A stretch of DNA of 64,000 nt from Nitrospirota bacterium. GTDB taxonomy: Bacteria > Nitrospirota > UBA9217. How positions within the stretch are numbered: position 1 is the first letter of the stretch; the number at the start of each line of letters is the position of its first letter. Both the position numbers and the translations under genes were made by a program. Below the pieces are notes generated by a model. It was not told the DNA's origin, did no database searches, and saw nothing but the letters and a program-made list of their open reading frames with translations. Shown piece after piece: positions 41,978 through 49,215 of this stretch. Location: assembly GCA_963754875.1 (NCBI GenBank), contig CAVWHO010000007.1, forward strand, positions 1-64,000, in the 5' to 3' direction.

Positions 41978-42916
41978 TTAATACACGAACGATACCCCAA
42001 AAAAAGTACGGTCTTCGAACCGATCGAACCGGAGCAGGGTCTCGTCGTACCCGTGCCAGTATTGGATATAAGGCGTGAAGTTGAGCCAAGGGACCTTCTG
42101 CACGTACTGCAGTTCCAGATTGTCCTTCCCCCCGAACCGCGAGGAGACCTCGATCCGGTTTCCCCAGTCGTCCCCATGGACAATGACGTCCCGGAAAATC
42201 AACCTGGCTTCCCCGTATCCTTCATACCCGAGAAAGGTTTTGTTGCTGCCAATCGTCTGGAGATAGGTAGTTTCATCGGAGTACCCGTAAGCATGCCAGA
42301 CCTTTAAAAATAACTCGATCCGGTCCTTCGGCGCTGATTCGTCTGGGCATCGTTCTTCAATGGGAAAGAACCCCAGACGGACCGCAGCGTACAGCCGGTT
42401 CCAGCCCCGGGACAGGGTGCCCGCCAAACCGTTCGACTCATGCTCATAGGGACTCAGAATGATATCCCGCAGGGAAGCCGCACCCCGGGAAACATTTGCC
42501 TGGTAATCAAAAAACGCCTCAGGATTGTAGTTGCTCTCCTCGAAGGGCATGGAAGGCTGGCCCACGTTCCAGAGCGATTTTTGAGAATAAGCCAGGTACA
42601 GGGACAGGGGATGGTCCAAAAGGAAAACATCACGGTTAAAAAATTTGTATTTCACGCTGAACTGGAACTTGACCTGGGCGTTATCGTTGTCCGGAAAGCG
42701 ATTCAGCGTGAAGTAATTGATCTTGTACGCGCTGATCGGCGACGGCCTATTGCATTCCTTGTCAACAGTGCCCTCTTGCGTCCCCGAGGCGCTTTGTGAA
42801 GAAACCTGAGAAGTATCGGCTTGTGCAATGGCGTGTGCGGCGATGGCGGCAAAAAAAACACAGAGCGCGATGGACAGTACAAGTGTTCTTTCGATTCGAC
42901 TCATTACTTTCGGCAT
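41978..42916 (-). CDS. pldA: Outer membrane phospholipase A (OMPLA family)
   Basis: KFQFSVK, AYSQKSLW, PFEESNYNPE, HESNG catalytic motif, SRGWNR. Confidence 0.85.
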   Translation of the reverse strand: MPKVMSRIERTLVLSIALCVFFAAIAAHAIAQADTSQVSSQSASGTQEGTVDKECNRPSPISAYKINYFTLNRFPDNDNAQVKFQFSVKYKFFNRDVFLLDHPLSLYLAYSQKSLWNVGQPSMPFEESNYNPEAFFDYQANVSRGAASLRDIILSPYEHESNGLAGTLSRGWNRLYAAVRLGFFPIEERCPDESAPKDRIELFLKVWHAYGYSDETTYLQTIGSNKTFLGYEGYGEARLIFRDVIVHGDDWGNRIEVSSRFGGKDNLELQYVQKVPWLNFTPYIQYWHGYDETLLRFDRFEDRTFFGVSFVY

Positions 42917-43405
42917 CCTTTCTTATCGATCAAACCAGCGAATAGTTAAACCATGCGAAGCAGGTAAATACATGACAAAGGACCCGAGTCTATGGGGACC
43001 TGATTTGATTGACGGCAACCGTTCGTGCGCCCTGCACACGGGCATTGCCCGATCAAGCACTGTGCGGGAGTGGCCGCCTAAACTCTTTCAGCGCCTGCTG
43101 CTACTAAGGTCGGCCACAAGCTGAAGCAAGGTAGACGTGATTGAAAGCCGACTTTGTACCTGAAGAAAGCCACATAACCGCGCACTGATATCACTGGAAA
43201 AACGGGGGCCGTTCCACTATCTACCATATGGGTTGTCGGGGAGCAGTCCCCTTTTGTCTTGTCCTTGCCTCGCGTATACATTCAATTCCATTATTGCCCG
43301 CATCCTCCCTTATCGATTAAACTATCAGTAGGTCAGACCTGCGCAGTGGATGCATGCCATGATAAAGGCCCTGCCCCTGCAAGGTTCCTCTTCACTCTTC
43401 GCCAT

Positions 43406-43870
43406 TCAAGGCTTGCCCACGATCTGAAGCGTCCTCGCGTCCCGTTTGCCCTGGTAATACTTGTCAAGGACGCGCTCGAAGGCCGAACCCGGACCTGACA
43501 CGAGCTCGAACAGGGTCATGGAAGATTGAAGTTTCCAGTCGTCGGGGTGGCCGAAAATATCCGCAGCCGATAGCCCAGAAACAGCCAGGACCGCTTCCGC
43601 GCACTCAACGAGCCGTGCCCCGAGAACAGGGTGAGCAAGATACTGCCGCGCCTCTTCCAGGCTTTTGATGGAATACTGCCGTGTGGTGGGGCTGTGCCCC
43701 AGCCCGTCGATCTGCGGGAATATGTACCACATCCAGTGCGTGCGCTTCAGGCCGCCCCGCAGCTCGGCAAGGGCGCGGTCATAGACCCCTTCCTGAGCGC
43801 TGATAAAGCGGTTCAGATCATGGGGAGCGCCACGATCGGATGCGCTGTCACCTTGTATCATGCCGGTCAC
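43406..43870 (-). CDS. DUF1810 family protein
   Basis: LNRFISAQ, KRTHWMWYIFPQIDGLG, YLAHPVLGARL, KLQSSMTLF. Confidence 0.9.
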   Translation of the reverse strand: MTGMIQGDSASDRGAPHDLNRFISAQEGVYDRALAELRGGLKRTHWMWYIFPQIDGLGHSPTTRQYSIKSLEEARQYLAHPVLGARLVECAEAVLAVSGLSAADIFGHPDDWKLQSSMTLFELVSGPGSAFERVLDKYYQGKRDARTLQIVGKP

Positions 43871-43890
43871 CCTTCAGCTTCACTCTTCTC

Positions 43891-43910
43891 ACTTCTCACT
43901 TCAAACTTCA
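43891..43910. repeat. 20-bp heptamer-based direct repeat, left of the TA module
   Basis: ACTTCTCACTTCAAACTTCA, identical at 44440-44459. Confidence 0.85.
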
Positions 43911-43923
43911 ACGCATATCGCCC

Positions 43924-43952
43924 TTGACAGCAAGGTTAATAATCGGTACTAT
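43924..43952 (+). promoter_or_regulatory. Sigma70 promoter, probably leaderless, for the TA module
   Basis: TTGACA-17-TACTAT, 6 nt, ATG. Confidence 0.75.
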
Positions 43953-43958
43953 TCATTC

Positions 43959-44156
43959 ATGAAAATGCAGACGCAATATATAACCGACGAGAAAGGGAAA
44001 AAGAAAGCCGTTATCCTCGGCATCAAAGAGTATGAAAGGCTCATGCATGCCCTTGAAGAGCTGGAAGATAAGCGGGCCTTCGTCTCCGTTGTCCAGGAAA
44101 AATCCATCCCCTACGGTGAAATTGAATCACGCCTGAAGAAATCAAAGCGACTCTGA
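43959..44156 (+). CDS. Type II antitoxin
   Basis: 65 aa, QYITDEKGKKKAVIL..EYERL..LEELED; overlaps the toxin start. Confidence 0.8.
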   Translation: MKMQTQYITDEKGKKKAVILGIKEYERLMHALEELEDKRAFVSVVQEKSIPYGEIESRLKKSKRL

Positions 44157-44407
44157 TGTATACGCTCCTCGCCAAGCCGACCGTCGAGAAAGACTTGCGC
44201 GCCATTCGCGCCGAGGACCTCGCGGGCCTGAACGATAAAATCAAGTCTCTCGCCGAACAGCCCCGGCAGCACAAAACCGAAAAGCTCAAAGGCGTCGAGG
44301 GGTATCGCCTCCGCGTCGGACGATATCGGATTCTCTATGACATCGACGACCATACCAAAACCGTAACCATCTACCGCGTACAACACCGCAAAGAAGTCTA
44401 TCGTTGA
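44156..44407 (+). CDS. relE: RelE/ParE family toxin
   Basis: KLKG..YRLRVGRYRILYDID...HRKEVYR. Confidence 0.9.
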   Translation: MYTLLAKPTVEKDLRAIRAEDLAGLNDKIKSLAEQPRQHKTEKLKGVEGYRLRVGRYRILYDIDDHTKTVTIYRVQHRKEVYR

Positions 44408-44439
44408 GCATTAGCTCCCGACTCTAAATTGTCCTTCAT

Positions 44440-44459
44440 ACTTCTCACTTCAAACTTCA
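44440..44459. repeat. 20-bp direct repeat, right of the TA module
   Basis: Identical to 43891-43910. Confidence 0.85.
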
Positions 44460-44620
44460 CCCTTGTCCTTTTACCCTCTCCACGCCGGGACAAAAAGCAC
44501 GCTGAGAACATACGTCCGAAACCTATGAGTTACCATACAGCAGCCTTTTTTCATGGGTCTGTATGATAACTGCCATAGGAGATTTGCTGTCCCTGGCCTG
44601 TGTGGATAATTACCCTCTTT

Positions 44621-44926
44621 CTATACCTCCTGCAGCACTTTGAGCGTTACGCTCTCGGCCATGTCCTTCACCTTTTCCCGGTAAGCCAGCATATGGGGCG
44701 CGCCGAGATGGGCCTGGAGCGCTTCCAGGCTCTCCCACCGCTCAAGAAGGGTGACGCAATTCTTATCGAAGACCTGCGGCGGCAGTTTCGAGTCTACGTC
44801 GATCGTGGGGATATATTCCATGCATCCCTTTTCCTTTCGAACTGCGTGCATATTGGCCTTAAGGATCGCAAGATAATCGGAAAGCTTTCCTGTCTTTACC
44901 CGAATTGAAGCTATGACGTTGATCAT
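44621..44926 (-). CDS. Antibiotic biosynthesis monooxygenase (putative quinol monooxygenase)
   Basis: MINVIA, EKGCMEY, ERWESLEALQAHL..PHM. Confidence 0.88.
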   Translation of the reverse strand: MINVIASIRVKTGKLSDYLAILKANMHAVRKEKGCMEYIPTIDVDSKLPPQVFDKNCVTLLERWESLEALQAHLGAPHMLAYREKVKDMAESVTLKVLQEV

Positions 44927-45019
44927 GACCATCTCCTCATTTGATAATTTGAGAAACGGATGTTACGCGCGGGACGAATCCCTGAGATTTAAACTTGTCT
45001 TTTCATCTCTTGTGAATAA

Positions 45020-45039
45020 AAGCAACGTAGGAAACAACG
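45020..45039. repeat. 20-bp direct repeat, copy 1
   Basis: AAGCAACGTAGGAAACAACG, identical at 48387-48406. Confidence 0.85.
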
Positions 45040-45061
45040 CAAGATGTTCCGCTGTAGCTTC

Positions 45062-45488
45062 CTATTTAGGATAGACCGTCAGACCGAGACTTCTGAAATC
45101 ATTGTCAAAGGTCAGGCAGGACATATTATCAAGCAGACCGGTGATTATTACGAAAGAGAGCGCATCACAGTAGGACAGTTTTTTGTCCTTTGAAAGCTTT
45201 TTGAACACTTCTTCCGCGGCACGAACCGGAGTAGAATCATCATACCGTACGATCGCCAGGGACGGCTTTATCACATCCAGAAACTGAACCGCCGTCTTAT
45301 AGCTTGCCCGATAGCGAAGAAGGGTGACGGTCTCGCTGACAACGTCCCACGTGGTATGAAGCGTGACCGCTTGCTCCTGACACTCCGCAAGGATGTCCCC
45401 GGCCCTGTCCATAGTTCGTATCTCCCGGGTAGAGCGAAGCAAAAAAGAACGACGTATCGCAAAAGGCCCTGTTCTGCGGAAAGTTCAC
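45062..45488 (-). pseudogene. vapC: VapC/PIN toxin split by a +1 frameshift (or sequencing error)
   Basis: FCDTSFFFA in one frame; VVSETVTLL, LSYCDALSF, LTFDNDF in another; junction ~45409. Confidence 0.82.
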
Positions 45489-45754
45489 GACCGGTCCTCG
45501 GCCACGTAAAGGTGCGCCTTGATGTTTTCTGAAATGGGATACTTTTTCATCTTGCCTTTTTTCGCGGTTCGCTTCCTCAATGCAAGAAGCTGCTTAGCGG
45601 CTTCTCCCGGTTTGACCCGGGGAGACGTCTTGATCTCCGCAACGACCTCGTCGTGTACCGTCACCTGATAGACCGTATCGGGCGCCTCTCTCAGCTTTTT
45701 TATGATACCCGGCAATTGTTTCCGGGCTTCAGATATGGATATGACCGTCTTCAT
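45485..45754 (-). CDS. Phd/YefM-like antitoxin
   Basis: ISISEARKQLPGIIK...VTVHDEVVAEI; 4-nt overlap with the PIN gene. Confidence 0.8.
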   Translation of the reverse strand: MKTVISISEARKQLPGIIKKLREAPDTVYQVTVHDEVVAEIKTSPRVKPGEAAKQLLALRKRTAKKGKMKKYPISENIKAHLYVAEDRS

Positions 45755-45779
45755 GATCGGGCCCCCAGGCAAGGTTATT

Positions 45780-45796
45780 TTGTACAAATTGTACAA
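45780..45796. promoter_or_regulatory. Putative antitoxin operator
   Basis: TTGTACAA-A-TTGTACAA; TGTACA is the known YefM operator core. Confidence 0.6.
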
Positions 45797-46172
45797 TCAC
45801 GTTACCATAGGGCGGAGCATTTGTCATCCAAAGATTGCCTGAACTTCGGAGACGCCCTTTGCCATTAGCGCCTGGTTTCAGTCGGTTCTCGTCTCCACGT
45901 CGCTTTATGTCGCCGTCAGTCAGTCTCACTCCTCCTCTTGACAAGATCCTTCACGCGCGTATAATCGAAACACCTGCAACGATAGCTCCGCTCTTCGTTA
46001 TATTTTTTTTCATAAGTTTTCTTAACTCACAATTCTTACTTTTTACTTTCTTTTTGGAGCCGAACCGCCTCAGGAAAATCGTAGCGAAAAATAGGGAAAC
46101 CCTGATTGTGTTCGTCCGTCAATAATGATAGGTTTTGACCAATATCCTTGGCCTAATCCTGCTGACCGAGTA

Positions 46173-46412
46173 ATGCATAATCTTGATCAAGATCACAAGC
46201 CTGATCCCTTGGAAAGAAAAATTCGCTTCGGATGCGGGTTTATCTTCGGGCTTGTCCTCGGACTCCTTGAGTTTGCGAGAACCATGTACAAATCCGTCGG
46301 CCTGGTTGCAGTGTTAACCGTTATGGCAGCTCTTGTGTGCGGCTGGCTTGCACTGAAATACGGCGACCGGTTTTGGTACGGGATATTGCAGCGTTGGCGC
46401 TGGTGGACATGA
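46173..46412 (+). CDS. Small two-TM membrane protein
   Basis: RFGCGFIFG...KYGDRFW. Confidence 0.7.
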   Translation: MHNLDQDHKPDPLERKIRFGCGFIFGLVLGLLEFARTMYKSVGLVAVLTVMAALVCGWLALKYGDRFWYGILQRWRWWT

Positions 46413-46587
46413 AACTGATCGTGGGTCAAGATCGGTCGTGTCGTTTGTCCGAGTACGTTGTAGGATGAATATAAACATTAAAGACGAGACCCTGAGATCC
46501 TCTCAAGGACCCACAGTTCACTGAATGTTAATTTCTAAGTCTGATCCCAGAAGTATACACTATTGGAGCGCTGCATCAGGGAGTCTC

Positions 46588-47523
46588 ATGTCACACCGGA
46601 GTTTTTCGAAACATGTCCGTAAGACCGAGAAGAAGGATCAGCTGAAGAAAAAGCAGGACCTTCGGCCGGTGATCATCGATGGCAACGTCATTGCGCGAAC
46701 CTGGTGGGGCAAGGCTTGGAACAAGAACCTTGAATCCTACGCGGAGTACGCCAGCCTGATCACACGCGGCAGAAGCTCTCTCGGGAGTGGCGCGATCCTG
46801 GACCTCCAGGTCAGCGCCGGAGAGATCAAGGCACTGGTGCAGGGCTCCCGGGCGAAACCCTATTCGGTCTTGATCAGGATAAAAACGCTGAATAAAAACA
46901 CCTGGAACGTGGTCGCCTCCGCGTGCGAAGGGAAACTTGCGTCGCTGGAAGAGCTGCTGGACGGAAAATTTCCCAAGGCAGTCGAAGAAGCGTTCCTGCA
47001 GCTAAAGACAGGCTTGTTCCCGTCACCCAAGGAGATCGAATTTGCGTGTACCTGTCCGGACTGGGCGAGCATGTGCAAGCACACTGCAGCGACGCTTTAT
47101 GGCATTGGCGCGAGGCTCGACGAAGACCCGACGCTCTTTTTTACGCTTCGTGGTGTTGCTATGGTCGACCTGATTAAAGGTCCCGTATCGAGCACGAGGT
47201 CGGAGCTTCTCCAAAAGACTCCGCAAAAGAGTTCCCAAAGGATCGACAACGCTCACCTCTCCGCTGCGCGAGGTGCCGATTTTGAGAAAGCAACAGGTCC
47301 GGCAACATCGGCTCGCCCTGGGGGAATTCAAACACCAGAGAGTGTTCGCATGGCAGATGTGCGGAAGGTCCTCAAAAAGCAGTTGAAGATGGATATTAAA
47401 TTAGCGAAGAAGGCAGATCCTTTAAATAAGTACGGCGTGAAGAAGATCGCGGTAAAAGGACCGGCGAATGAGATCGTGAAGAAGGTTGTGAACAAGCAGA
47501 TCCGGTCCGGAAAGAAAAAGTAG
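46588..47523 (+). CDS. SWIM zinc-finger protein with Lys-rich tail
   Basis: TWWGKAW, RGRS, VQGS, CTCPDWASMCKH, DPTLFFTLRG. Confidence 0.85.
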   Translation: MSHRSFSKHVRKTEKKDQLKKKQDLRPVIIDGNVIARTWWGKAWNKNLESYAEYASLITRGRSSLGSGAILDLQVSAGEIKALVQGSRAKPYSVLIRIKTLNKNTWNVVASACEGKLASLEELLDGKFPKAVEEAFLQLKTGLFPSPKEIEFACTCPDWASMCKHTAATLYGIGARLDEDPTLFFTLRGVAMVDLIKGPVSSTRSELLQKTPQKSSQRIDNAHLSAARGADFEKATGPATSARPGGIQTPESVRMADVRKVLKKQLKMDIKLAKKADPLNKYGVKKIAVKGPANEIVKKVVNKQIRSGKKK

Positions 47524-47639
47524 TTGGCGCGGCTGGGTGAGCTGTTCAGAACGCGAAGAGGGGAAGATATAAACATTAACGGCCTGACCCTAAAGTCCCC
47601 GTGGTCTTTTATTGATATTAAGAATGGTGGTATGATTAA

Positions 47640-48311
47640 ATGACGGTATATAAAACAGTTGCCAAAGGTCAGATTGAAGTGTTTATAAGCTATTCGACAT
47701 TAGACAAGAAGTTTGCCACTGAGCTTAAAGAAAAAATGAACCTCTTTGGCCTGAAAGCTTTTTTGGCACATCAAGATCTGAATCCATCAGTTGAATGGCA
47801 AGATACAATATTGTCAAGTCTACGATCTTGCGATGTTTTCGTACCTATATTGACAAACAATTTTAAAAAATCATTCTGGACTGATCAGGAATCTGGAATC
47901 GCGCTTTCTCTCGGCAAGCATATACTTCCTCTTCGAATTCATGTTAACCCACAAGGATTCCTTTCTCGGTTTCAAGCATTGAAGGGTAAAAAAGGACAGC
48001 CAATAATTTCTGCCGAGCACATCCTCCAGGCTTTAGCAGGACAACCAAAATTACGGCCCCGAGTGATTAGATATCTAATAAAGGCGTTTGGTGAGAGTGA
48101 TAATTTTGTGAATTCCATCGCTATCTCAAAAGCTCTCTTATTGCTTTCCCCATTTGTGACTGCACAGCTGAGGTTAATCTTTGAGCATGCTATTTCCAAT
48201 GAGCAAATACATAATTCAAATGGAGCTGGAAATTACCTACGTCAGCTACTTAAAGCGAATAAGAAGCGTATCTCTAAGGAACAACTGAAAAAATACAAAT
48301 TGTATGCTTAG
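47640..48311 (+). CDS. TIR domain protein
   Basis: VFISYS, AFLAHQDL..SVEW, SFWTDQESG (putative catalytic Glu); AT-rich. Confidence 0.85.
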   Translation: MTVYKTVAKGQIEVFISYSTLDKKFATELKEKMNLFGLKAFLAHQDLNPSVEWQDTILSSLRSCDVFVPILTNNFKKSFWTDQESGIALSLGKHILPLRIHVNPQGFLSRFQALKGKKGQPIISAEHILQALAGQPKLRPRVIRYLIKAFGESDNFVNSIAISKALLLLSPFVTAQLRLIFEHAISNEQIHNSNGAGNYLRQLLKANKKRISKEQLKKYKLYA

Positions 48312-48386
48312 TTTACTGCCGGTTCATTTCGAAAAAATAAGGTGTTGACGATATTACCTTAGAGACGTTGTGCCAGAAGTGAACTT

Positions 48387-48406
48387 AAGCAACGTAGGAA
48401 ACAACG
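48387..48406. repeat. 20-bp direct repeat, copy 2
   Basis: Identical to 45020-45039. Confidence 0.85.
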
Positions 48407-48422
48407 TCCCCAAAGTTTCCTT

Positions 48423-48457
48423 GTGCAATAGTATGGACCTGACCCCAGGAAGTTCCC
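48423..48457. repeat. 35-bp inverted repeat, left copy
   Basis: GTGCAATAGTATGGACCTGACCCCAGGAAGTTCCC; its reverse complement matches 60277-60311 at 34/35. Confidence 0.9.
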
Positions 48458-49215
48458 TGCTGGAGATCAACGCGCGAAAGCTCCACGCCGCTCTTATTCA
48501 GTGAAGCCTCATAATTTCCAGGGGGCATGGCGAGGACCGCTCCTTTGACCATTGTAGTTGCGCCGCTGTCGGTTATACAGAAATCTTTAACTACCAGTGA
48601 TTTGATGACTCCCTTATACGCCGTAGCGAGCGTTCCGACGAGGTAGTTCAAATGACAGATATCCTGAGTTGTGTGGGTAACATTTATCATAGCTTCACGA
48701 TCCTTGAAACGACCCTCAATGTCACTTCTGATTGATCAAGGTCTAGGTCGTTCGTTGCGATCATGCAGGTTCAACCCTGCTTCAAAAAAGGGCACTATTC
48801 TCTATTACTAGGATAGCACCGGAGAAATGAAACCTGGAATACTGACTAGTACAGGCAGGAAAAAGTATTACAAAAACGGACCTATTTCTGATCTTGGCTG
48901 CTAAAATATGTTTGAGATACTGTCGTTCGCCAGGATAATCCGTATGTTGCCAACCAGGGGGGAGCGTTGCGCAAACATGATGCAATGAAAAGAGCTGGAG
49001 ATGTGCCTAATTGAAGGCGACGGCAAATAAAAAGAGGGGGCGCAAAAAAAGAGGTTTAAATTAAAATCTCTCAACGGGCAACTGTCGTTTACACGAAATT
49101 ACTGTATCATAGTAAATGTTAAGTGTGTCCAATCCTCAAACCCGCAGTTGTCTTCATAAATTTCTCCTTTGACGAGCGATTATACCATTTTGGGGCTAAT
49201 AATGGAGATCGGCAC

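Noticed and set aside
43400..48400. Integron cassette array
   Set aside because: Mixed gene orientations, no intI, no recognisable repeated attC
48385..48690. 101-aa minus-strand ORF
   Set aside because: No recognisable motif and its 3' part runs through the repeat cluster; at best a remnant
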